From assembly GCA_964354495.1 (NCBI GenBank), contig CAYHAA010000015.1, positions 30,001 to 62,000 of the forward strand: a stretch of DNA of 32,000 nucleotides. The letters are read 5' to 3'. A program made the position numbers and the translations under genes. Under the pieces are notes generated by a model that worked only from the letters and a program-made list of their open reading frames with translations, did no database searches and had not been told where the DNA came from. Shown here piece after piece: positions 8,177 to 16,527 of the stretch. Numbering within the stretch: the stretch's first letter is position 1; each line of letters begins with the position of its first letter. The DNA comes from an uncultured archaeon (GTDB lineage Archaea; Asgardarchaeota; Thorarchaeia; Thorarchaeales; Thorarchaeaceae).

Positions 8177-10405
8177 TTAGGGCTCTACTAGAATTCTCCC
8201 AGTTCCCTTTCCAGTCACTGTCCCAATTATCGCTGCATCATTGACGCCCGATGATTTGAGCAGTTCAACCAGATGCTCACCTCGCTTTGCAGGTAGGCTG
8301 ATCAAGAGCCCACCTGATGTCTGAGCGTCTGCTAGGATGAGTCTTGTGGTGCGAGATATATTCGAGGCGAAGTCGACGAAGGGTTCGACATACTCTAGGT
8401 TGTTGATAGTCCCTCCTGGTACAACATCAGCCCCAGCAAAAGTCTGAGCCTCTTTCAAAATAGGCACCGCACCTGCTCGAATCTTCACATCCATGCCACT
8501 TCCAGCAGCCATCTCATGTAAGTGCCCCAAGAGCCCAAAACCGGTGACGTCAGTGCATGCATTGGCTCCTACTTCCATCATCACCTCTGCGGCCTTCTGG
8601 TTTAGCGTGGCCATCACATGAACCGCCTTCTCTGTAGTTTCTTTGTCAGCCAGTCCACGTTTGACTGCTGTGGATATTATCCCAAGCCCGATTGGCTTAG
8701 TCAGCACAAGCACGTCGCGGGGGCGTGAAGCACTATTACGCATAATCCTGTCGGGATGCACAGTACCAGTCACAGCTAGACCGAACTTGGGTTCTGTGTC
8801 TTCAATAGTATGACCGCCGATGATACTGATCCCAGCTTCGTCTGCCTTGTCCTGTGCTCCACGAAGAATGTCGTGTAGGACAGACAGTGGAAGTCTACTC
8901 GAGGGGAATCCCACAATGTTCAATGCAAAGAGTGGTTTTGCTCCCATGGCATAGATGTCACTCAGGGAGTTGGCTGCTGAGATAGCACCGAACCAGTAAG
9001 GGTCATCTACTACCGGTGTGAAGAAGTCCACGGTTTCAACTATTGCCAGTTCGTCGCTCAGCCGGTAGACCGCTGCGTCATCCGCTGTTTCTATTCCAAC
9101 CAAGACAGCTGGGTCTTTCGATATTGGAAGGTCACGCAGGATCTCTTCAAGTGCTTGGGGACGGAGTTTGCATGCGCAACCCAGACCGTGCGTATACCTT
9201 GTAAGCCTATACTCACCTGCCTTGGGAGATAGTTCAGGAGGAACACCAGTAGTTTCGGGCTGTAGTCTTCTAACTGCATCGATTATGGTTCGTGCTGCTT
9301 CATCGATCCCCCCAAAAGTTGTATATCTGCCTGTGGAAAAGCGAACTGTACCCATTGCCCACTCCAGGGGGATCTTCATTGCCGCGAGAACTGGAGATAC
9401 GTCAACGTTGTCGGCATGACATGCAGCGCCTGCTGAGGCTGCAACCCTATCATTGATTTCAGACAGAAGTGTATTGGCCTCAATGCCTCGAAAACTAAGA
9501 CTCAGAGTGTTCGGGAGACGCCGTTCGGGATGTCCGTTGAGCCTGACCATGGCATCACCCAACGCATCAACAAGAGTGCTGTAAAGCCTATCTCTTGTTT
9601 CACGGAGATGCTTCATATTCTTGTCAGGATCACGAACAGCAACTTCACAGGCCTGCCCCAGTCCTACTATCTCAAGGACATTCTCAGTGCCGGCCCTGCG
9701 ACCACCTTCATGGGCCGCACCATGCATCAGTTGTTTCAAGTCTGTACCACTGCGAATATAGAGCACACCTATCCCCTTTGGAGCATAGAGCTTATGTCCT
9801 GCTACCGAGAGCAGGTCGACTTCGAGTTCCTTCACATTCACACGGATTTTGCCCACAGATTGAGCTGCATCAGTATGCATGATAGCGCCATGGCGATGTG
9901 CAATCTTTGAGAATTCCGAGATTGGTTGAATGGTTCCCACTTCATTATTAGAATGCATAATTGTGACGAGAGTGGTGGCCGGTGTCATTGCATTCTCCAA
10001 ATCAATAGGGTCTACTAGACCATACTCATCGACAGGCAATACAGTGATTCGAAAACCCTGTTCTTCCAACCACGTACAGACTTCCGCTACAGCAGGATGC
10101 TCGATTGCTGACGTGATGATATGATTGCCCCGATTCCTAGATGCCATTGCAATGCCCTTTATGGCATAGTTGTTGCTCTCTGTGCCACCACTTGTGAATA
10201 TCACTTCTGATGGTTGACAGCCCAAGAGTCCTGCAACTTGAGACCTTGCTTTTTCAATGGCCTGTTTCGTGGTAGTTCCGTATGGATGACTACTAGACGG
10301 ATTCCCATAGTGCTGATACAAATAGGGAGCCATAGCCGCTGCCACCTCACTATCGATAGGTGTAGTAGCATTATAGTCAAGATAGATTGGTCTTTGTTCT
10401 GACAT
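8177..10405 (-). CDS. selD: Fusion of a NifS-like class-V PLP cysteine desulfurase/selenocysteine lyase (N-terminal) and selenophosphate synthetase SelD (C-terminal, Cys form)
   Basis: N-terminal: YLDYNATTP, FTSGGTESNN, HTDAAQSVGK, AGHKLYAPKG, GAACH. C-terminal: HGLGCACK (TGC codons), ETADDAA, TVDFFTPVVDDP, AANSLSDIYAMG, DVTGFGLLGH, DAQTSGGLL. One uninterrupted frame of 742 aa. Confidence 0.93.
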   Translation of the reverse strand: MSEQRPIYLDYNATTPIDSEVAAAMAPYLYQHYGNPSSSHPYGTTTKQAIEKARSQVAGLLGCQPSEVIFTSGGTESNNYAIKGIAMASRNRGNHIITSAIEHPAVAEVCTWLEEQGFRITVLPVDEYGLVDPIDLENAMTPATTLVTIMHSNNEVGTIQPISEFSKIAHRHGAIMHTDAAQSVGKIRVNVKELEVDLLSVAGHKLYAPKGIGVLYIRSGTDLKQLMHGAAHEGGRRAGTENVLEIVGLGQACEVAVRDPDKNMKHLRETRDRLYSTLVDALGDAMVRLNGHPERRLPNTLSLSFRGIEANTLLSEINDRVAASAGAACHADNVDVSPVLAAMKIPLEWAMGTVRFSTGRYTTFGGIDEAARTIIDAVRRLQPETTGVPPELSPKAGEYRLTRYTHGLGCACKLRPQALEEILRDLPISKDPAVLVGIETADDAAVYRLSDELAIVETVDFFTPVVDDPYWFGAISAANSLSDIYAMGAKPLFALNIVGFPSSRLPLSVLHDILRGAQDKADEAGISIIGGHTIEDTEPKFGLAVTGTVHPDRIMRNSASRPRDVLVLTKPIGLGIISTAVKRGLADKETTEKAVHVMATLNQKAAEVMMEVGANACTDVTGFGLLGHLHEMAAGSGMDVKIRAGAVPILKEAQTFAGADVVPGGTINNLEYVEPFVDFASNISRTTRLILADAQTSGGLLISLPAKRGEHLVELLKSSGVNDAAIIGTVTGKGTGRILVEP

Positions 10406-10475
10406 CCGTCAATCGCTCCGATATGTGAAAGGATATACCTGCAGGAACCGAGAGTATTCTCTTCAATCTTACTAA

Positions 10476-11414
10476 CTAGTCGCTATGCTGACCAGTACCT
10501 CTTGCCTTTCTGGTTCTTCTCAGCACTTCTGGAACCACATCCCTGATTCTTGCTAGAGACTCATTGGCGTCGGCTTGTGGGAGCTCGAAGATGATAGGGC
10601 CTGTGAACTTGTCCTTGGTAAGTTCCGTCAAGAACTCTCGCAATACGTCATCTCCCATGATGCCTCGCCCTAATGCCAAGTGATCCTCACGTGAAACCAC
10701 TCCTCTGTACTCAGAGTAGCTACCGTCCTGCAGATGAATCTCTGCGATTCTGTCCCTGTGAGCCCTGTAGAACTCCATGACCGACTCCGTTCCAGACATG
10801 TGTGTTATGAGATGAGCCGTGTCAAAACAGATGCTCGTGTCCAAATCATCAACGAGATCCCGCATTATTACAAACGGAAACACGCAGTTCTCAATCGCGA
10901 GCTTTCGTGGACTTATCTCAGTCTGAGTGATGATATCCTCGATGCCCTTGTTTGAGAATCCCGCAAGTAGCGTGCAAATCAGATGTATAATCTTGTTTGA
11001 GAACCGCAGTGTGGAGAATTCTGCAGCTAGGCTTCCAGTTGCATGCAAGACGTAGGTTTCAGGCTGTAGGACCTCTGCAGATCTGATACAATCGACTATG
11101 CTCTTGATGCTTCCCTCTCGGACAGGCTCATTAAATGTGGCCAATTCCACAGACCAAAATGGCAGATGTACTGTGTATGAATGCCCGAGTTCTGTCTGTA
11201 GTTCAAGAAGGCGATTGAGTGACTCTGGTGTGAGTGCGCCCGGAATCATGTACTTTGCATCCATCCCGAGCTCGAGAACAGAGTACCCTGCCTGTACAGC
11301 AGTACGTATCTCATTCTCGATGCTGAAGCGAGAGAAATCAGGAACTCCATCGACGACAATCTGGTCTGCGGCTGACTGGAATTCAAACGCTGCTATGCCA
11401 AAGCGAAGGGGCAC
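10476..11414 (-). CDS. Xylose-isomerase-like TIM-barrel protein (sugar phosphate isomerase/epimerase / AP endonuclease 2 family)
   Basis: Motifs YTVHLPF, YVLHATG, LAIEN, CFDTAH, EIHLQDG, DHLALG and IIFEL. Confidence 0.8.
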   Translation of the reverse strand: MPLRFGIAAFEFQSAADQIVVDGVPDFSRFSIENEIRTAVQAGYSVLELGMDAKYMIPGALTPESLNRLLELQTELGHSYTVHLPFWSVELATFNEPVREGSIKSIVDCIRSAEVLQPETYVLHATGSLAAEFSTLRFSNKIIHLICTLLAGFSNKGIEDIITQTEISPRKLAIENCVFPFVIMRDLVDDLDTSICFDTAHLITHMSGTESVMEFYRAHRDRIAEIHLQDGSYSEYRGVVSREDHLALGRGIMGDDVLREFLTELTKDKFTGPIIFELPQADANESLARIRDVVPEVLRRTRKARGTGQHSD

Positions 11415-11519
11415 TTGATGACCATCTCCTTACACTCAGAGAGCAGCGTGACCCATAAAGTATGCCATCTTGTGAAACACATATAGACAACGGTGTCATA
11501 CTAAGACTAGGTGATTTGA

Positions 11520-12194
11520 TTGAGCATAACTATTCGATGCTTGGCTCATGCAAGTTTCCAAATCAAGACAGAGAAGCAGAATATCTACATTGACCCCTCG
11601 ACGAAGGACACGGGTGTGAAGATGGACGATTTGAAACCTGCAGACCTGATACTGTTCACCCACGGGCACTATGACCATTTCGAGAAGGGCCTCATCAAGA
11701 GGATTCGCGGCCCGGAGTGTCAAATCATTGCCCCAGAGAAAGTTAGGAAGGAGATAGGCGGCGGGATTGCCTTCAGTCTGAAGCCAGGAGAACATATGAT
11801 GACAACCGGTGGGGTCGATGTGTTGGCCACAGAGGCGTATAACGTGAAAAGATGCCGGCCTAATGGTCAGCCGTTTCACCCCAAAGGATTTGGTGTGGGA
11901 TACCTCTTGACGATAGAAGGAAAGAAGATATACCATGCAGGAGATACCGACCTGATTCCGGAGATGGAAAAGCTGAACAGAGTGGGAGTGGATGTTGCTC
12001 TACTCCCAGGTGGAGATACATATACTATGGACATCAAAGAGGCTGCAAAGGCGGCTTCGATAATAAGACCAAAGGCTGCAATACCCATGCACCTCTGGGA
12101 TACGGACCCAGAGATCTTCAGGAGGGAAGTTGGGTCGAAATCGCCCACGAAAGTTGTCTTACTCAGAGAGGGAGAGGAATACAGACTAGAGTAG
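11520..12194 (+). CDS. Metallo-beta-lactamase fold hydrolase (UlaG-like)
   Basis: HASFQI, IYIDP, THGHYDH, YHAGDT, ALLPGG, IPMH. TTG start with upstream AGGTGA. Confidence 0.88.
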   Translation: MSITIRCLAHASFQIKTEKQNIYIDPSTKDTGVKMDDLKPADLILFTHGHYDHFEKGLIKRIRGPECQIIAPEKVRKEIGGGIAFSLKPGEHMMTTGGVDVLATEAYNVKRCRPNGQPFHPKGFGVGYLLTIEGKKIYHAGDTDLIPEMEKLNRVGVDVALLPGGDTYTMDIKEAAKAASIIRPKAAIPMHLWDTDPEIFRREVGSKSPTKVVLLREGEEYRLE

Positions 12195-12241
12195 GATGGA
12201 CGAACGGGAGACCTTGGTCTTCTGCAGAGGCATACCTGAAT

Positions 12242-12730
12242 TCAACGCCGTGATTTCAGTTTCTGAAGCTCATGAGCTTCAATCTTGGGGTCTACCTGAA
12301 GAACCTCAACCTTGAGCATCCTGTCACCCTGACGAATCTTCTGAACAATATCAAACCCCTGAATCGTCTGACCGAAGACGGTATGCTTTCCATCAAGATG
12401 TCTTGCGTTGTTCTCATCAAGGACTACAAAGAACTGACTTCCGCCAGTGTCCTTTCCAGCATGTGCCATCGAGAAAGCACCATTCTTGTGCTTCTGTCGA
12501 GGCCCTCTTGTTTCACAGGGTATAGCGTACCCTGGTCCACCGGATCCTGTGCCAGTAGGATCGCCACCCTGAATCACGAATTTGTCCACGATTCTGTGGA
12601 AGGTCAATCCATTATAATAGCCGCTCTTTGCAAGTGTGACAAAATTCTTGACTGTGTTAATTGCATCATCGTTCCAGAATTCAGCGAGAATGTCGCCACG
12701 ATTTGTTTGAATCTTGATTCTTGTTGGCAA
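12242..12730 (-). CDS. Cyclophilin-type peptidyl-prolyl cis-trans isomerase
   Basis: FHRIVDKFVIQGGDPTGTGSGGPGY, MAHAGKDTGGSQFF and HLDGKHTVFG. Confidence 0.95.
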   Translation of the reverse strand: MPTRIKIQTNRGDILAEFWNDDAINTVKNFVTLAKSGYYNGLTFHRIVDKFVIQGGDPTGTGSGGPGYAIPCETRGPRQKHKNGAFSMAHAGKDTGGSQFFVVLDENNARHLDGKHTVFGQTIQGFDIVQKIRQGDRMLKVEVLQVDPKIEAHELQKLKSRR

Positions 12731-12877
12731 AGTTCAACACCTTTCAGCTTGGTCAGCGAACTCTATTTCTTCTCACAGGCACGCCTTCCTCTTAGGCGTT
12801 CCGGAAGCACAGTTCCCAGACATCCTTGCATCCTTGCCTATCGGCTTATTAGCAAATGCGAGAAATCCACAGAACAG

Positions 12878-14083
12878 ATGACCGTCGAGAGAGAGTATAC
12901 TGAAGGCAGGACCACATTCCTGAGCGCAGATGTAGAGTATTATAGTGGAGATAAGAAGCAGATCAGAGCGAATCTGCCTGTCTTTTACAATCCAAGGATG
13001 AGACTCAATCGCGACATGTCCGTGCTCTTTCTCTCTTCGTACCTGAGGAACAACACGATTAGAAGAATGTGTGAACCCTTGACAGGTTCTGGCGTCAGAA
13101 CCCTCCGATACCTGAAGGAGGTTCCGGGAAACTTCACTGCAATGATGTTTGATGTGAATCCTAATGCTGTAGAAGTTGTGCAAAAGAACATCAGACTACT
13201 CAACCTTGAGAATAGGGCTCAGGTACTGAGAGGTGATGCCAAGCTCCTGCTATTATCGGAATCAAGAGAGAAACGATTCGATTATGTGGATGTTGACCCT
13301 TTTGGAACTCCCGCGCCATATCTTAACGCAGCCATACAATCAATGAGTCCAGATGGCGGACTCCTAGCTCTGACCGCCACCGATATGCCGGTTCTCTGTG
13401 GAGCGTATCAGAAGGTAGCATTGCGTAGATATGGAGGATTTTCCGTCAAGGCACCATTTGTTCATGAGATTGCAGTGAGACTTCTCGAGGGCTTCGTGTT
13501 TCAAGTCGCAGGTCTCAATGACTACTCGATGTCACCTCTTGCCATCCTGAGTACTGACCATTATGTCAGAATATGGGTCAGGGTCGAAGCAGACAGAGAG
13601 AGAGCCAACAGCCAAGCTGACAGTCTTGGTGCCATCAGATATTGTGAGGGGTGTATGCAGACCCAGACAATCCCACAGAAAGCAACACACGAAGAGGTGG
13701 TCTTCGAACATGCGACTCGTGACTGCAGGGGGCCGATACGGGTTGCAGGACCACTATGGATTGGAAACCTGTTCAATAGGGAATATCTAGAGCATGCACA
13801 AGAGTCTTTCAAAACGGGTGATGCAAGCCTGTATCACAAGCGGGTTCCGAGAATCTTGGAAGAGATGTTGGAGGAGAGTACTCTGACAGATTTTCCGTTC
13901 ATAGACCTTCATTCTCTATGTGACTTGCATAATCTTACACCCCCAAGGAACTATGATATCCTCGAGCGTCTCAAAGACGCAGGGCATAGAGTATCCAGAA
14001 CACACTTCAGCCCAACTGCAATTAGAACCAATGCCTCCGTACAGGAAGTGGTATCTGCGATAGCGAGTCTAGTAGGAAGGTGA
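12878..14083 (+). CDS. trm1: tRNA (guanine-26-N2)-dimethyltransferase
   Basis: VFYNPRMRLNRD, LTGSGVR, YVDVDPFGTP, GGLLALTATD, GPLWIG, RTHFSPTAIRTNA. Start reassigned to the ATG at 12878 because the longer ORF runs antisense over the cyclophilin. Confidence 0.93.
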   Translation: MTVEREYTEGRTTFLSADVEYYSGDKKQIRANLPVFYNPRMRLNRDMSVLFLSSYLRNNTIRRMCEPLTGSGVRTLRYLKEVPGNFTAMMFDVNPNAVEVVQKNIRLLNLENRAQVLRGDAKLLLLSESREKRFDYVDVDPFGTPAPYLNAAIQSMSPDGGLLALTATDMPVLCGAYQKVALRRYGGFSVKAPFVHEIAVRLLEGFVFQVAGLNDYSMSPLAILSTDHYVRIWVRVEADRERANSQADSLGAIRYCEGCMQTQTIPQKATHEEVVFEHATRDCRGPIRVAGPLWIGNLFNREYLEHAQESFKTGDASLYHKRVPRILEEMLEESTLTDFPFIDLHSLCDLHNLTPPRNYDILERLKDAGHRVSRTHFSPTAIRTNASVQEVVSAIASLVGR

Positions 14084-14089
14084 TAGTGG

Positions 14090-14716
14090 ATGGCGAGAGG
14101 AGCCGAAGGCGAACGTCGTAAGCGAGAGCACTATTATAGAGCTGCAAAGAAGGCAGGCTATCGGAGTAGATCCGCCTTCAAAATCAAGCAGATGGCTAGT
14201 AAAGAAGGCTTGCTACACGGTGTCGAAACTGTTCTGGAGCTGTGCAGTGCTCCTGGAGGCTGGACCCAAGTCCTACGGGAACTTAACGAGAGCCTGCGAA
14301 TTGTTGCGATAGATTTGGAGGCCATGCTGCCCATTGAAGGTGTCCAATTCATCCAAGGAAGTATTCTTGATGATGAAGTGATTAGAAGAGCTGAAGGATT
14401 GACTGGTGGGTCATTCGATCTCGTGCTATCAGACTGTTCACCAAATGTATCAGGTCATTGGGAGCTCGATGTCGCAAGACAACTTGAACTTGCAGAGAGA
14501 ACATTTGAGATTGGCAACCGAGTTCTTGGGCCAAATGGAAAGACTCTTGCAAAGGTGTTCCAGGGACAGGGCTTTCAGGAATTCATTATAGAAGTCCGGT
14601 CAATGTTCCGTACGGTGAAACTGATCAAACCGGATGCATCACGCAAGACAAGTGCAGAGATATATCTGCTAGCCATTGGACCAATCAGAAAACGTTCAGA
14701 TGTGAAAAATCTGTGA
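14090..14716 (+). CDS. rlmE: 23S rRNA 2'-O-methyltransferase RlmE/FtsJ
   Basis: YRSRSAFK, ELCSAPGGW, SDCSPN, KVFQG and KPDASRKTSAEIY (K-D-K-E tetrad). Confidence 0.93.
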   Translation: MARGAEGERRKREHYYRAAKKAGYRSRSAFKIKQMASKEGLLHGVETVLELCSAPGGWTQVLRELNESLRIVAIDLEAMLPIEGVQFIQGSILDDEVIRRAEGLTGGSFDLVLSDCSPNVSGHWELDVARQLELAERTFEIGNRVLGPNGKTLAKVFQGQGFQEFIIEVRSMFRTVKLIKPDASRKTSAEIYLLAIGPIRKRSDVKNL

Positions 14717-14723
14717 ACTGGTA

Positions 14724-15071
14724 CTATTGAATATCAGTACCCACCCACTCTTCCAGTCCTCGGCAAAAGATTGGAGAATCTGGTTGCCTGACACCACATT
14801 TGGTTATCTTCAGGCAGTGGAAACAGGGGCAGCCATTCATATCAGTCAGACCAATGAGCTCCGATTCCTCTGTCAGTACGTTCTTCGCGATGTACGTTTC
14901 ATTTCCTACTTCTTGTTTCTGCATTATCATTCCCTCGGCCATCAGAGCTGTGAGAGTTGACGTGACTAGTTTGGGACTAATGTCAAGTCGTTCTACAAGG
15001 TCCATGATGCTGAGACCGGCCCTGTCTGCGGCTTTTATTTCGCTTAGTACCAGGCCAGCTAAGTCCTTCAT
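14724..15071 (-). CDS. TFE-beta / RNA polymerase III RPC34(RPC39)-like protein: winged helix plus C-terminal Fe-S Cys cluster
   Basis: wHTH-like N-terminus followed by GCPCFHCLKITKC...SPIFC..LEEW, resembling the RPC34/TFE-beta tail. Context next to gar1 and trm1. Start probably the ATG at 15071 (alternative TTG at 15107). Confidence 0.75.
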   Translation of the reverse strand: MKDLAGLVLSEIKAADRAGLSIMDLVERLDISPKLVTSTLTALMAEGMIMQKQEVGNETYIAKNVLTEESELIGLTDMNGCPCFHCLKITKCGVRQPDSPIFCRGLEEWVGTDIQ

Positions 15072-15203
15072 TGAAATGACCTTTAGATTAACACCTAACA
15101 ACATCAAACAGACTACACGGACCGATATTTAACTATCGGAAGATACTAGCCAGTATCGACAAATGTCGTATCAGAAGTGACATGGACGTACACTTGTGGG
15201 CAT

Positions 15204-15440
15204 TCACTTCTTGTGCACGTAAAGAACCTGTCCATGGAGCCGTTTTGACTCTAGCCCCTTACGAGGACGAATTGCTACATACGGATTCTTGACCGGCCCA
15301 AAGACGTCGATGATAGATCCTACTTCTTGTGCCTGTTTGTCAAATACAATGGACTTGTCGCCCACGGGTGGAGCCCTTTCTGTGCGGACGATGATTGACC
15401 CGCGATGTGAGATGTGGAGCACAGTTCCTAACCGCCTCAT
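15204..15440 (-). CDS. gar1: H/ACA RNP component Gar1
   Basis: MRRLGTVLH...VGSIIDVFGPVKNPYVAIRP. Start reassigned to the ATG at 15440 to avoid overlap with srp19. Confidence 0.9.
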   Translation of the reverse strand: MRRLGTVLHISHRGSIIVRTERAPPVGDKSIVFDKQAQEVGSIIDVFGPVKNPYVAIRPRKGLESKRLHGQVLYVHKK

Positions 15441-15462
15441 GCAAATTGCCTCCAAACATGCA

Positions 15463-15816
15463 TTACTTTCGATGTTTCTTCTTTCCCTTTTTCGATGTTT
15501 CAGCCAGACGAGCTGACTCTCTGGCGGCAACAGCCCTTCGGACGCCCTTTGCGAGCATCAACATGATTCTCTTCTTCTTGTGACCCTCATCACTGGTAAC
15601 TACGATGTAACCTCTTTTCTCACTCCAATTACGGGGGTATCTCCTATCGTGCTCAATCTCATACTCGAATCCTGAAGACTCTGCTGCTTTTTCGAGAGTA
15701 TCTATTGTGACATCTGAAGCAGCAAGGTTGCTCGGTATCTTTCGGCCCTGAAGTCGCGTATAGTTCTTCTCGAAATACGCTGGCCAGAAGATGAGCATCC
15801 CGTCACGTTTTTTCAT
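15463..15816 (-). CDS. srp19: Signal recognition particle protein SRP19
   Basis: IFWPAYFE...TRLQGRKIP...YPRNW...KKRIMLMLAK. Confidence 0.88.
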   Translation of the reverse strand: MKKRDGMLIFWPAYFEKNYTRLQGRKIPSNLAASDVTIDTLEKAAESSGFEYEIEHDRRYPRNWSEKRGYIVVTSDEGHKKKRIMLMLAKGVRRAVAARESARLAETSKKGKKKHRK

Positions 15817-15972
15817 GATGAAGACACCTGAGTTCTATTGCTGTTTCTCATGCTATTGCACTTTTTATCTTTCCCATGAGGCTAGTCTTTGATGCGTGCT
15901 GTCATGGCAAGAGGGAACTTCTTAAGCATTTAAGCAGGCTCCTAAGATAACCGAACAGAGGATGCTAGTGAG

Positions 15973-16464
15973 TTGAACAGAAAGAGCAAGGATGTGTATT
16001 TTGCAGAGATTGCAGACCTTGTGTCATCTCGGAGTACTTGCCTCAGGGACCAAGTGGGTGCTGTTATCGTGAAGGAGTCCCAGATTCTGAGTACGGGCTA
16101 TAATGGCGCTCCAAAGGGACTCCCGCATTGTTCGGAGGTTGGGTGTCTGAGGGATCAGATGGGCATAAAATCTGGAGAACGTCACGAATTGTGTAGAGGC
16201 CTCCATGCTGAGCAGAACGCCATCATTCAGGCAGCCTATCACGGAATAAGTGTCAGAGGGGCAAAGATGTATTGTACGACAAGACCCTGTAGTATCTGCA
16301 CGAAGATGATCATCAATGCAGGCATTGATGAAATCATCTATATTGATGAATATGTAGATGACTTGGCAGCGCAAATGCTCAAAGAGTCAAAACTAGCTCT
16401 TCGCCAGATTCAGATTCCAAGAGTCTATGGGAGAAATAGCAGCAAGTCTGCAAGAGAATTCTGA
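15973..16464 (+). CDS. dCMP deaminase / ComEB-family Zn deaminase
   Basis: [30 protein letters not shown] and PCSICTK. Confidence 0.92.
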   Translation: MNRKSKDVYFAEIADLVSSRSTCLRDQVGAVIVKESQILSTGYNGAPKGLPHCSEVGCLRDQMGIKSGERHELCRGLHAEQNAIIQAAYHGISVRGAKMYCTTRPCSICTKMIINAGIDEIIYIDEYVDDLAAQMLKESKLALRQIQIPRVYGRNSSKSAREF

Positions 16465-16527
16465 GCGACAATATCTGGAAAGATTAAAGAGAGACCTCTC
16501 TGCAATTTCATCTCTAGGTGCGTAAGA

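Noticed and set aside
12734-12823. Short minus-strand frame MSGNCASGTPKRKACL-UGA-EEIEFADQAERC as a tiny selenoprotein
   Set aside because: C-L-U is not a known redox motif, no SECIS was seen, and the region is probably the divergent promoter of the cyclophilin and trm1 genes
12272-12877. 202-aa N-terminal extension of Trm1 in the ORF track
   Set aside because: Lies antisense to the clear cyclophilin gene; Trm1 similarity starts only after the ATG at 12878
15441-15530. N-terminal extension of Gar1
   Set aside because: Overlaps the srp19 3' end; the family motif begins at the ATG at 15440
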